DNA of 64,000 nucleotides from Paragordius varius (GCA_964247055.1 OZ176058.1:62001-126000); one strand, 5' to 3'; counted from the stretch's first letter, positions 50,521 through 63,895 are shown. Translations and numbers: made by a program. Notes: a model not told the origin generated them from the sequence alone.

Positions 50521-51059
50521 AACTATCGAGAAATAAATTATTTAATATTTTTAAATTTTTTTTGATAAAAATAAAAAAAAATTATTTGGTTATTTTGCAT
50601 TAAAAATAATATTTGAAAATATTATGAAATTAATTATAAAAATTGAAATATATAATAAGTATAAAAAATTAAAATTTTTTATTTAATAAAATACAATTTT
50701 TTTACCCATTAATTGGCAAAGAAAATGTATAGGAATAAATAAAATATATTATTTTTTTCAGAAATACTACAGTAAAAATTGAAATTATAAGGAAAATCGG
50801 ACAAAAATATAAAGACAAATTATTTTTCTAAAGACAATCTTGATAAACTTAACTCATTGTTTTCATTTCCAAAGTATAAAAGAGATGTATATTGGTAACA
50901 AAATAAATTATATATTTTAGGCTTGTTATTAAGTATTTTACAAGGATTAATTTAGGGTTGAAAAACTATGGTTGTTTTTTAGAAATAAATAATTGTCTTT
51001 ATATTTTTACGTTTCAATTTTTACTGTATTATATTTATTCTACCTTAATTTAATTTCTA

Positions 51060-53056
51060 AAAAAATTAACTTATTACATCAATTCATTTTTCCACGGGTT
51101 AAGTATTGTTCTTTAGAAGTTTGCTTTTTTCTTAAGAAATTTTAAAACTTTATAATTTAAACTAATTTTTTTTACAAAACATTGGAAATTTTACATAAAA
51201 AATTATTCTTTCTAAAAATAACATATAATCAATAATATATAAATTATATCAATTATCATTTTTCCACGAGTTAACCTTCGTTTTTTAAATAGTTTTTTGT
51301 TACATATAATGTTTTCAATAAATATTTTAACAAAAAAATGAATATTTAATTTGGTTTTTAAAGATTTTCACTAATAACTTATCTTTATAGATAATTTAAA
51401 TTTTTAAATAAAAATAAAATTTGAAATAAATTCTAATTTTTCAATATTTAAATTCTAAAAAATTAACTTATTTTTCTTACATCAATTATCATTTTCCACG
51501 CGTTTCAGGGATTTTAAAATTTCAAAAAAATTATACCAAACATTTTTACAAAACATACGAAATTTTAAATAAATTTTATTTTTTATAAATCTTAAAAAAA
51601 TATGAAAACAAAAAATTAACTTATTTTTCTTACATCGATTATCATTTTTCCACGCGTTAAGCATCGTTTTTAAATAGTTTTTTGTTGAGAGATTTTAAAT
51701 TTTAAAAATTTTTACTAAACTTTTAAATTACAATATAATATTTGAAATAAATTTTAATAGATTTTCGAAATTTAAATTCTAAAATTTTTTTGAATTATAT
51801 ACATCAATTATCATTTTTCCACGCCGTTCCTTAGAAATTACCTTTTCTTTAGGGATAACAATATTTTAAAACCAATTTTTACAAAAAAATCAAGAATATT
51901 TAAAAAAATATCTAATCTAAAAAATTTTACATCAATTATCATTTTTCCACGGGTTAAGTTTCTTTCCTTGGAAATTTGTTTTTTCTTAAGGGAACCAATA
52001 TTTTTAAAACAATTTTTTAAAAAAAGGAATATTTTTAAATAATTTTAATTAACAAAATAAAAATTAATATAAATTTATTTAAAAATCTTTAAAAATCTTA
52101 AAATTACATAAAAATTTTTTGAATTATTTTTCTTACATCAATCATCATTTTTCCACGGGTTAAGTTTCGTTCTTTGGAAATTTGTTTTTTCTTAAGGGAT
52201 TTTAAAATTTAAAAAAAATTATTCTATCAAATTCGGGTTATAAAGAATTTTACAAAAAATGAATATTTTTAAATAATTTAGAATTTTAAATAAAAAAAAT
52301 CAAAATTTTTATAAAATTCTAAAACAATTTATTAAATTATTTACATCAATTATCATTTTTCCACGGGTTAAGTTTCGTTCCTTGGAAATTTGTTTTTTCT
52401 TTAGGGATTCCAATATTTTTAAAACAATTTTTTTTAAAAAAAGGAATATTTTTAAATAATTTTAAATAACAAAATTAAATTTGAAATAAAAAATTTTACA
52501 TCAATTATCATTTTTCCACGGGTTAAGTTTCGTTCCTTAGAAAATTGCTTTTTCTTAAACGATTTTAAAAAATTTAAAACAATTATTCTATCAAATTTGG
52601 TTTTTAAAGATATTTTTCAATTATAAATTTTTTAAATTAATTATTATTTTTTTTTAAAAAATTTTAAATAACAAAATTAAAATTCCAAATTTTTTTTTGA
52701 ATTATTTTCCTTACATCAATTATCATTTTCCACGCGTTAAGTTTCGTTCCTTGGAAATTTGTTTTTTCATAAGAGATTCCAATATTTTTAAAACAATTTT
52801 TTTTAAAAAAAGGAATATTTTTAAAAATCTTAAAAAATCTTAAAAAATCTTAAAATTCTAAAAATTTTTTGAATTATTTCCTTACATCAATTATCATTTT
52901 TCCATGCGTTAAGCTTTGTTCTTTGCAAATTCTTTTTTAAAGGGATTCCGATATTTTTAAAACAATTTTTGAAAAAATCAAGAATATTTAAATAAATTTT
53001 TTTAAAAAATCTTAAAAAATCTTAAAATTCTAAAATTTTTTTTTAATTATCTTTAC
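51060..53056 (-). repeat. About 11 repeats echoing the FHOD exon-D 3' end and donor
   Basis: TACATCAATTATCATTTTTCCACG(G/C)GTTAAG (+) near 51075, 51248, 51478, 51630, 51802, 51928, 52134, 52344, 52497, 52713, 52883. Confidence 0.93.
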
Positions 53057-53297
53057 ATCAATTATCATTTTTCCACGGGTTAAGTTTCGTTCCTTGGAAA
53101 TTTGTTTTTTCTTAAGGGATTCCAATATTTTTTCCCTTACAGTTTTGTATTCGAGGGCGAAATCCGTTATAATTCGACAAAATTTTGTAATGCCAAAGAA
53201 GGCGCCCCCTATGTCAGGTGATCTGATTGCTGAATTATTTCCCCCACTGCTGGGTATAATAGGTATTCCGAAAAATTCTTGCAATAGTCGCTTATAT
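53057..53297 (-). CDS. FHOD: FHOD exon D (YKRLLQEFFGIP...FCRIITDFALEYKTVREK...ERNLTRGKMIID)
   Basis: CCTAG|A ... GAT|GTAAAG; 241 nt; FALEY.T.RE and ERN.TRGKMI motifs. Confidence 0.92.
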
Positions 53298-54432
53298 CTA
53301 GGATTGAATAAAAAATTAGGAACATTTTTAAAAATATATATTTTTTAAAGTATAGTTTTTGTGAAAAAATTTTATTAAATGATTTTTTGTCTTATAATAT
53401 ATTTATAGTGATAGGTAATTTGTAGAATATTATATTCTCCTTTTGATAATCATATGGAAATATTGCTTACATTTTTAAAATATATAAATATTAAAAGTAA
53501 TTTTTATTTATATTTAAAAATTTATTTACAGTAAAAAATTGAAAATATACGGAAGGACAAGTTAAATTAAGGAAAAATATTTATAAAAACAATCAAACTT
53601 TTTAAATCTTGATTTTTTTGCATAAAATACAAAGTATTATATAGAAATAAAAATTATTAACAAAATCAATTATATATTTTACAATTGTAACTAAATTTTT
53701 TTTCGAGTTATACAAAGTATGGTTGTCTTTAGAAAAAAACCATTAATTTTCCATTTTGTCCGTATAATTTTAGTTTTACTGTAAATTTTTAAAGTTTTGA
53801 TTTATAAAAAAGATGGTATATTATAACCATGTTTTACCAAAAAAATCAATATATAATTGATTTTTATAAAAAAATATTTTTTATTATTAAATAAAAGGTG
53901 TAATTAAAGATAATGTTTATAAATAATTATGAATAATATATATTGATATTTATTTTAAATAATTACTTTTTACTTAAAAAAGAAATTTTTTTTTAAAAAA
54001 TCAAAAATTCATTAAAAATATTAAATTGAAAATTATTTTTATATTCATTATTAAATTTTAACGAAAATATAAATAATATATATTGATATTTTATATAATT
54101 ACTTTTTTCTTAAAAAAGAAATTTTTTTTTTTAAAAAATCAAAAATTCATCATAAATATTATTAATAATTTTAAATTGAAAATTATTTTTATATTCATTA
54201 TTAAATTTTAACGAAAATATAAATGTATAAAATATTTTAATTATACTTTTTTTTAAAAAAAGAAAATTTTTTTTAATCCAAATCAAAAATTCATTATAAA
54301 TATTATTAATAATATACAAATAATTAATAAATTTATATTAAATTTCAACCATAATAAATATTTTAAAATAATTATTTCAAAATATATAAAAATAAAAAAA
54401 ATTAAAAAATAAATTTAAAATATAAAATTAAC

Positions 54433-54507
54433 CGATTTAAAAGCCTTCGATGGACAATTTGCAAAACCATTATACGCCCAGCACAATCATTCAAGAATTC
54501 GGACATT
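54433..54507 (-). CDS. FHOD: FHOD exon C (MSEFLNDCAGRIMVLQIVHRRLLN)
   Basis: TGTCAG|A ... CG|GTTAAT; 75 nt; FL.DCA.RI..L.IVHRR motif. Confidence 0.92.
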
Positions 54508-55019
54508 CTGACAATAAATAATTAAAATAAAATTATATTAATAAATATTTAATAATTAACATTTTTTTTAATTGTAAATAAATTTAACTTTTTTTATAAT
54601 ATATTATCTACTAACTAACAAATATTCCAAATAAATATAAAATTAATTAAAAAATTTTACATGTATTGGAAAAATATAAAATAATCAATTAGGCTCTAAA
54701 ATATTGGAATATATACATTATTGAAATATAGAAATATAAATATTTTTTTTCAAAAGACATCAATAATTTTTAAATCTTGATTTTTTAAATTATTGTTCAA
54801 AAATTGCTATATTTTTTTTACAATATATAAATATTAATATATATATATTTACTTTAAATATAATGATGGAACTAATTAAAAATATTTAATAAAAATAATT
54901 TAATTAAAATATATACATTCATAGCTACAAAAAAATTAATATAAATAATATTTTATAAAAACATTTAAATATAAAAATTTTTCGAAAATAATTTTTTTGA
55001 TTATTTCTTAACCAAAAAA

Positions 55020-56139
55020 TAAATTTTTTATTTTTACAAAAATTACCTAATTTTTAAAACTGGACCAGTCTCATACATAAAATTATAAATTCATCAAAAT
55101 AAACAGAATAATAACTCCTAAAAATGATTTACTTATTAAATGAAAAATAATTTTTTTATTTATTTCTTATTTTCAAATTAAATTTTTAATTATTTTTATT
55201 TTTTAAATAAAAATTTTTTTTTAGAAATAAAAAAAAATTACCTAATTTTTAAAACTGGACCAGTCTCATACATAAAATTATAAATTCATCAAAATAAACA
55301 GAATAATAACTCCTAAAAATGATTTACTTATTAAATGAAAAATAATTTTTTTATTTATTTCTTATTTTCAAATTAAATTTTTAATTATTTTTATTTTTTA
55401 AATAAAAATTTTTTTTTAGAAATAAAAAAAAATTACCTAATTTTTAAAACTGGACCAGTCTCATACATAAAATTAAAAAATAAACAGAATATTAACTCCT
55501 AAAAATGATTTACTTATAAAATAAAAAATATTTTAGAATATTTCTTATTTTTAAATAAAATTTTTAATTATTTTTTTATTTTTTAAAAATATTTTTAAAA
55601 CTAATATTAACTAATTTTTAAAACCGGACCAGTTTCATACTTGAAATTAAAAATAATTAAAATAAACCGAATATTAACTCCTAAAAAAATTTACTTTAAA
55701 AATGAAATTTATAAAAAATTTTTTCAGAATTAAAATAATTTTTTAACAAAAAAAATAAATTTTTTATTTTAGAACCGGACCAGTTTCATACTTGAAATTA
55801 AAAATGATCAAAATAAATCGAATATAAACTCCTAAAAATAATTGATTTACTTTAAAAATGGAAATTATAATTTTTTCTGAATTATAAAAGTTTGATTTCT
55901 TAACGATAAAATAAATTTTTTAATTTTTTTAATTTAATTTTTTAAAATTAATTTAATTACCTAATTTTTAAAACCGTTCATATTTAACAATTGCCAAAAT
56001 AATCAAAATAAACCGAATATTAAAAAAATTTACTTTAAAAATGGAAATTATAATTTTTTCTGAATTAATAAAAATTTTTAAAAAAATAAATTTTTTTTCA
56101 TAAAATAATTTTAAAACTTTTTTTTATTTTTTAATTTAC
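55020..56139 (-). repeat. ~170-195-bp repeats echoing the FHOD exon-B 3' end and donor
   Basis: AAC(C/T)GGACCAGT(T/C)TCATA (+) near 55058, 55254, 55449, 55623, 55773. Confidence 0.92.
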
Positions 56140-56255
56140 CGAATTTTTAGAACCGGACCAGTTTCATATTTAACGATTGCTTTCAAATGATTCCAGGATT
56201 CTTTACATAACTGTTCAGTTTTCTTAAGCGTATTTTCTAATTCTTCGAAATCAAC
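56140..56255 (-). CDS. FHOD: FHOD exon B (VDFEELENTLKKTEQLCKESWNHLKAIVKYETGPVLKI)
   Basis: TATAG|GTT ... CG|GTAAAT; 116 nt; VDF...CK.SW.HL..I.K motif. Confidence 0.92.
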
Positions 56256-57449
56256 CTATAAAAAATTTTTTTAAAATAAAATTTTTTTCAAAAAATATTT
56301 TTAAAACCCTAATTATTAATAATTTATTTTTATATGAATAATTTGTTGAAAAAAATTATAAAATTTATTGGTTTTTTAAATTATTTAAGTTATTTTAAAA
56401 TAAATTGTATAAATAATTTTTGACAAAATTAAAACATTAATACTAATAATATACTTAAATAAGATTATTAAGGAAAAATGAAATTAATTCTGCTAATTAA
56501 TGTACTTAAACAGATTATTAAGGAAAATAAATTTATATTTTAAAAAATATTTTTTAAAACCTCAATAATTAATAATATATGAATATTTTATAAATTGTAC
56601 AAAAGATTAAAATATAAAGACAATATTTTTTTCTAAAACAACCTCATAATTTAAAATCTTAATTAATTTACATTTAACTAATTGTTTTAAATTCTAAATA
56701 AAGATATATATAACTAATTTATTTTATATTTTAGGTTTGTTATTAAATGATTTACTAGGATTAATTTAGGTTTTAAAGTATAGTTCTTTTAGTAAAAATA
56801 TTTGTCATTATATTTTTACGTTTTGTTTTCCGTATAATTTAAATTTTACAATAACATATTTATATTTTTAAATTGTTTAAAAAAATTATAAAATTTTTTA
56901 GTTTATGGATTAAGTTATTTTAAAATGATTTTTATAAATAATTTTTAAAAATAAAATTAAATTGGTAATTAAAAAGAAAATCATTTTGAAACTATCAAAA
57001 GAAAAAAAATGATAATATATAAAAAGATTAAACGAAAAAGTAAAAATGAATTTATATTTTTTTTCACTACATCCATTTATAGTAATAAAAAAATTCTTAA
57101 AATAAATATTTCAAGAATTATCTATAAATACATTAAAAAGTGAAATTAATCGGACAAATTTAAAGTAAAGACCTTTATTCCTAAAAAACAAACATACTTT
57201 TTTAAACCTTAATTTATCCTTTTAAAATAATTTAATTATTATAATACATAAATTCGCTAAGTTATAAGTTTAAAACTTTATTTTCTACTTTATAGTTTAA
57301 ATGAATGAGTTATCATTATAAAAATTAAGATTCAAAAAAGTATGGTTGTCTTATAGAAAAAATATTGTCTTTAATTTTTACGTTTTTATCGTATAATTCT
57401 AATTTTTACTGTAAAATTTTTGAAACTATCCAATAAAAACTAATTTTTA

Positions 57450-59742
57450 TGATGAAATTTTTTACTAACATTATTAAAATAAAATTTTAAAGATATATTG
57501 TAATCAAAAAATAAATGATAATTAGAAAATTATACAAATATTTCTACAATTACCTTGAATTAAAAACTAAAAAATAAATAAAAAATTAAAAATTTTAAAA
57601 TTTAAAAACTAAAATCCAAAAAAATAAAAAATAAAAAAAATCAAAATAATAATTACTCTTGAAGATCGAACTATAAAACAATCCGTAATTCAACAAATAT
57701 TTTTACATTAACTTTAAACTAAAAACTAGAAAAAAATAAAAAATAAAAAATTTGAAAATTACTGATAATTTAAAAATCCAAATAATTAAAAAATGTAAAT
57801 TGTATTTTTACAATTACCTTAAATTAAAAACCAATAAAAATTTCAAAATAAAAATTAAAATAAAAAAAAATACTCTTGTAGATCGAACTATAAAAACAAT
57901 CCCTAATTATACAAATGTTTTTACAATATCTTTAAATTAAAAACCAAAAAATAAAAACTAAAACCAAAAAATAATTTTTAAAAAAATTACTGATAATTTA
58001 AAAATCCAAATTAAATATTTTTTTTCAACCAAAAAATAACTATAAAATCAAAATTATATCAAAATTCAAAAAATAAAATAATAAAAATATTCTTGAAGAT
58101 TTATTGTAATCAAAAATCCTTAATTATACAAATATTTCAACAATTACCTTGAATTAAAAACTAAAAAATAAATAAAAAAATTAAAAATTTCAAAATTTAA
58201 AACAAAAACTAAAATAAAAAAATACAAAAATAAAAAATTTGAATATTACTGATAATTTAAAAATTAACATTATAACTAATTTTAATTTGAAATATTTCAA
58301 CCTCAAAAACCAAAAAATAACTATAAAATCAATAAAAAAAATATAAAATTTCAAAAAATAAAAAATTTGAAAATTACTCTTGAAGATCGATCATTAAAAC
58401 AATACTTAATTATACAAATATTTTTACAATTACCTTAAATTAAAACTAAAAAATAATTATCAAAATCAAAAAATAAATTAAAAACCAAAAAATAAAATAA
58501 TAAAAAATTTGAAAATAAATACACTTGAAGATCGAACATTAAAAAACCCCTAATAATACAAATATTTTTACAATTACCTTAAACTAAAAAAATCAAAATA
58601 TCAATCAAATAAAAAATCAAAAAATAAAAAATTTCAAAACAAATAATTAATATTTTTACATTACTTTTAAACTAAAAATCAAAAAAACCAAACAAAATTC
58701 TAAAAATAAAAATATAAACTGAAACCAAAAATTAAGTTTAAAAAAAATGCCTGATAATTTAAAACTCCAAATTATAACTAATTTTAATTTGAAATATTTT
58801 TTCAACCAAAAAATAAAAACCAAAAATCAAAAATTAAAAAATTAAAATAAAAAATAAAAACTAAAATAAAAAATATAAACTAAAATAAAAAAAATTAAAA
58901 ATCAAAAAAAATTATCAAATAAAAAAATTCAAAATAAATACTCTTGAAGATCGAACAATAAATAACCCTTATTTTAACAATTACTTTAAACTAAAAATCA
59001 AAAAATAAATTAAAAACCAAAAAACTAGAAAATAAAAAATTAAAAGATTTCAAACTAAAAAATAACTATAAAATTATCAAAAAAAAATAAAATATTTGAA
59101 AATCTCTTGAAGATCGAACTATAGAGCGTAGATCCTTAATTATACAAATATTTCTACAATTACCTTGAATTAAAAACCAAAAAATAAGTATCAAAACCAA
59201 TAAAATAAAAAATTAAAATAAAAAAAAATATACTCTTGAAGATCCAACATTAAAACAATACCTAATTATACAAATATTTCTACATTATAAACTAAAATCC
59301 AAAAAACTAGAAAATAACAAATAAAAAGATTTCAAAAAACCTTAATTATACAAATTATAACTACTACTAATTTGAAATATTTTTACAATTACCTTAAATT
59401 TAATACTAAAAACCAAAAAATTATCAAAAGTAACAAAAAAATAAGTTTTAAAAAATTACTGATATCTCACAAAATCCTTAATTATTTATACATTTACTTT
59501 AACTAAAAACCAAAAAACTAGAAAATAAAAAATAAAAAAATAAATTATCAAAAAATAAAAACTAAAATCAAAACAATACTTAATTAGACAAATATTTCTA
59601 CATTAAATTTAAACTAAAAACTAGAAATGAATAAATATATATATATATATATATATATAAAATAATAAATTTTTTTCCCAAATAAAGACAAAAATAATTC
59701 ACAAAAAACTAAAATAAAAAAAATTAATAATTTGATAATTAC
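57450..59742 (-). repeat. A-rich repeats echoing the FHOD exon-A donor
   Basis: TACTCTTGAAGATCGAAC (+) near 57655, 57872, 58090, 58376, 58521, 58940, 59103, 59232. Confidence 0.9.
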
Positions 59743-59904
59743 TCTTGAAGATCGAACTATTGAGCCTAGATCTGAGTAAAGGTCAGAACTTTGCGGGCAA
59801 TGTTGTAAAACTATGTCACAAACATGGAATAGCAAACTTTGTTTCGTTACAGTATCTTTTATTTCTGGTAATTTTGCCAAATATTCAATGTGGAAACCAA
59901 AACA
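59743..59904 (-). CDS. FHOD: FHOD formin FH2 exon A (CFGFHIEYLAKLPEIKDTVTKQSLLFHVC...SDLYSDLGSIVRSSR)
   Basis: TTATTAG|TGT ... AGA|GTAATT on -; 162 nt; matches the FHOD motif GF.L.YL.K..EVKDTV...SLL.H.C. Confidence 0.92.
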
Positions 59905-60518
59905 CTAATAAAAAAAGTAAAATTAATTTTAGAAATTTTTTTTTTATAAAATATTCATTATAAAAAATAAATTAAAAATACTGCGCCCACTTTTGTACTG
60001 CTTTTTGAAATAAAAAAAATTAATTTTTAAATATACATTATTTACCTTTTATTTATTCAAAAAAAAATATTTTAGAATTTAATATAGTACCCTCTGTAAA
60101 AATAACCTCATAATTGGTAAAGAAATGCATTTTGAGGTACAAAACTAATCTGCTCGAAATATACATAAAACATAGGATTACGGCCTTTCGCGCAGTGGCG
60201 AAACTATAAATCTCGGAGTCTACACCGTAAGATTCAGACTAATGGTTCTTTCACTTATCGTTTAAAATTAAAAATCTAATTTATGATATTTTTATAAATG
60301 TTTCACAGTTAGAAAGTTTATTTTTTGTTACAATTATTAAACGGAAAATTATATAGAAAAATTTAAAATTTATTATATATGGCAGATGATTTCGAAATAA
60401 CCTTTCGTAAAAAATAGAGTTTCTACGATATCCATACTCATTAGGTTGTAGGTATGATATTTCTTAATTTTTTTCCTAAACATTAATTTTTATTTTTTTT
60501 ATACAGTTTAGAGTCTCT

Positions 60519-60692
60519 TTTTTCCTTTTTAATTAAAGGGCAAGGACTTAAATTGTATCCGGACTTGTGAAGGCTTTAACTTTCGCCTGCCCAGGGCTGA
60601 CAGTGATGATGGAAAAACTGCGTAGTTTCGAGGTTCAAACTCTGTCATGCAGTGCAAGAGTCCGGCGCCCTACCTACTATACCATCACGCCT
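60519..60692 (-). mobile_element. tRNA-derived SINE-like element (tRNA-Lys-like head)
   Basis: On -: A-box TGGTATAGTAGG (60684-60673), B-box GAGTTTGAACC (60642-60632), 30 nt apart; GACTCTT anticodon-loop remnant; unrelated body and A-rich tail. Confidence 0.7.
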
Positions 60693-61356
60693 CTGAACAT
60701 TAATTTTTATTAGTTATCTTATTTTTTTGCATAAATAAAACTGAGATATTTTGTTGAAGCTTACTTCAAACTGTTTTGAAGCATCATGGAAACTGTATAA
60801 CGCTTTGAGATATAATAAAATTCTTTTTCCAAATAATTCGATGATGTTGAACATTCATAGTTTAATGTTTACTTGCAAATTTTGGTGCATTTTTGTGAAA
60901 AAAACAATTTTTATTTAACATAATTTTGAAAACGAACAAATATTTCAATCAAAATCCGTGTGAGAAATTATCATTATCGAATTATATATATATAAAATGT
61001 TATAACATCTCAACCGTTTATATCGTTTCCATCATGCTCAAAATAGTATGAAAAGGAATTTTACGTTTATTTTAAGAGAACGGTTCATTTTAAAAGAGCC
61101 AAAAAAATTGGAACTTTTAGAGCCACATCTAAAAATTTAAAATTTTTAAAACATTGTTTTGCTTTTTATATGGAGTTTATGTTATATTTTAGTGATATTT
61201 TTTGAAATTATACATTTAGCATTCACCAAAAATATATTTGAAAAATTGCGCCCCTTTTGCAATTATTTACGGAGCACTTACTGTAAATAACTTTTTTTAA
61301 TAACTCGTAAAGGTTTAAACCAAAAGCACCATGATAATCCTGATATTTTCCTATCA

Positions 61357-61398
<42 letters not shown>

Positions 61399-62653
61399 CA
61401 TCAGGATATTTTTAACTGTGGAATATTCCACACCGATGGTTTAAAAACAAGGCACAGTATGTTTTAATTTTGTACTGCGTTCAAGTTAAAAATATCTGGT
61501 CACATTACTTAAATATGAGATAAAGATATTATTTTTATGCATAAATATATATATATATATATGTATATATAATTGGTGCGCTTGTTATAAGTCCTAAAAG
61601 TCATTTAAGAAATATATATAATTTGTGCTAAATAATTCATATCAAAATAGGAAAGTTGCAAATTAATTGTATTGTTAAAATTTATATTCAGATGATGCCT
61701 TTATTAGAATATATATTTCGGTAAAATATTAGTTTACAGCTTTTTTGAATGCACACATGATAAATCTTAATAACACTTTGGAACATTTTCATTTTTTATA
61801 TGCGATGACATGGTTAGTTTTTAACCTCTGAAAACAAAGGAGCAAAAAAATTATTGTTTTAAATTAGGGTGCCTTATACAAATATATTTGCAGCTCTGAA
61901 ATTTTTATTTATTTATTTAACCCTAATTTATAGATATTCATCAAAAAAATCCTAAATTATAATTGTAATTCAATTAATAACTTTTTAACATTTTTTAGAG
62001 CACTTTTGTGTACCGAAAAAAAAGCTTGTTGGACATCCCTGTTTTTTTTTAAATTTCATTGTCAAATCTTGTCCTGATATCAAAAAATTATAATTAAGTT
62101 TTTAAAATCTGTATAATTTCAATTTTTACCATATAAATAGGTTGTATCGCTAAAATTAAGCTTTAAAAAAGTGTAATTGTCTTTAATGAAAAATAATATT
62201 CTTTATGGTTTATGTTGATTGTATAATTTCATTTTTACTGTATATTATAACCCCTCGCATTTTTTAAAAAATATTTGAAATATTAATATTTACTTCTTAC
62301 AAATAACTTAATTTATTTTTTTATAAAAAAGGAAACATAATTGTACTTGCAGGGTTAATTAAAATTTCTAATGCCAGATATTTTATAAACGTGGATTGCA
62401 AATTTATTTTTTCATAATAAATATTTAAAAAAATCAAAATTCAATATCCATAAATAAAAGATCAGATAAGAAAATTGTGTATATTATAAAATTAAATATA
62501 TATTAATAAATTATATATTTTTTTTGACAAACAATAAAAATTGGAGAAAAGAAAAAAATGTAAAAACAATTTTTTTTGAAGACAGCCCCATTTTTATATT
62601 TAAAATATATTGATTTTTCCAACATAAACCCTTTAACAATTTAAAATGATATA

Positions 62654-63612
62654 CCATACAATTCGAATTCCCCTTTAACATTTCAAATTCACTTTTTTCT
62701 AACAATTTAAATTCACCCTTTAATGATTCAAATTTCACCCTTAAAATTCAAATTCACCCATAAATTCACCCTTAAATTCACCCTTGAACAATTCAAATTC
62801 ACCCTAAAATGAATTATAAATTTTCAGGCTATTATATCCTCATTAATATGAAATATAACTTTAAGGCATTTTATCTATTTTTCAATATTTAATAATTTTA
62901 AACAGAATTTCTTTTTTAAATAAAATAAAATATAAATAATATTTAATCATAAAAAACACATAATTTATTCAAGGAATTTAAATTGTTCAAAGGTAAATTT
63001 AAATAAGTGTAAATTTATTGGTCGAGGGTTGAATTGTTCAAGGGTGAATTTAAATTGTTCAAGGGTGAATTTGAAGGTGAATTTGAATTGTTTAAGGATG
63101 AATTTGAATAGTTCAAGGGGTGAATTTGAATTGTTCAAGGGTAAATTTAAAATCGAGGGTGAATTTGAATAGTTCAAAATTTGAATTGTTCAATGGTAAA
63201 TTTGAATAGCTCAAGGGTGAATTTTTATTGTTCAGGGTTGAAATTGAATTCTTCAAGGGTGAATTTAATCTTAAAAAACACTTAATTTATTTTTAGGGTG
63301 AATTTGAATTCAAGAGAGATTTTGAATTGTTCGAGGGTGAATGTGAATTGTTCAATGGTAAATTTGAATAGCTCAAGGGTTTTTTATTTTCAAGGGTGAA
63401 TTTGAATTGTTTATGGGTGAATTTAAAACGTAAATGGTAAATTTGAATAGTTCAAGGGTGAATTTGAATTGTTAAAGGGTGAATTTGAATTGTTCAAGGG
63501 TGAATTTGAATTGTTCAAGGGTTTTGAATAGTTCAAGGGTAAATTTTAATTGTTAAAGGGTGAATTTCAACAGTTCAAGGGTGAAATAAGGGTGATTTAG
63601 AAGTGTAAGTGG
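62654..63612. mobile_element. MITE-B copy expanded by amplification of its 21-bp subrepeat
   Basis: About 25 (AAG)GGTGAATTTGAATTGTTC units in the right arm. Confidence 0.85.
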
Positions 63613-63821
63613 TATTTTTGAAAAAATTTAATTTGAAAAGTATGTTGGTTGTCTTTTAGAAAAGAATTTTTGTTTTTATATTTTTAAGTTTTGTCTGTAT
63701 AATTCGCTCAATTTTTACTATAAAATATAATTATACTAATATTTAATTTTTAAATCAATATTAATAAATGCACACAAATTTATTGATAAATCCATAATTC
63801 AAAATGAATTCAAAAAATTCG

Positions 63822-63824
<3 letters not shown>

Positions 63825-63892
<68 letters not shown>
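63825..63892. repeat. (TA)n microsatellite (others near 8499, 31259, 42896, 45290, 47781, 59634, 61361, 61544)
   Basis: Directly visible dinucleotide runs. Confidence 0.95.

Positions 63893-63895
<3 letters not shown>

Noticed and set aside
51060-59742. CRISPR-like short repeats separated by spacers
   Set aside because: Eukaryotic introns, no cas genes; the repeats are degenerate copies of FHOD exon ends, and the spacers are long, A/T-rich and similar to each other.
11020-59963. Antisense or shifted ORFs over real exons (11020..11220, 14420..14656, 14424..14669, 19396..19671, 24049..24315, 28294..28542, 49600..49827, 53094..53348, 59745..59963)
   Set aside because: Shadow frames of coding exons with no independent protein features.
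60170-60265. GC-rich island with small hairpins as an upstream FHOD exon or ncRNA
   Set aside because: Stops in the minus-strand frames examined and no FHOD motif or recognisable RNA family; probably a repeat fragment.
60580-60660. C/D snoRNA, SECIS, hammerhead or HDV-like ribozyme motifs (GTGATGA, GCGAAAG) inside the SINE-like element
   Set aside because: I could not build complete structures (no CUGA box D, no hammerhead stem II, no HDV P1/P2); the tRNA-derived head explains the region better.
849-63177. Short F/I/K/N-rich ORFs in introns, MITEs and AT-rich spacers (e.g. 953..1159, 4109..4414, 16669..16905, 22672..22881, 30677..30928, 62965..63177)
   Set aside because: Compositional artefacts that overlap repeats.
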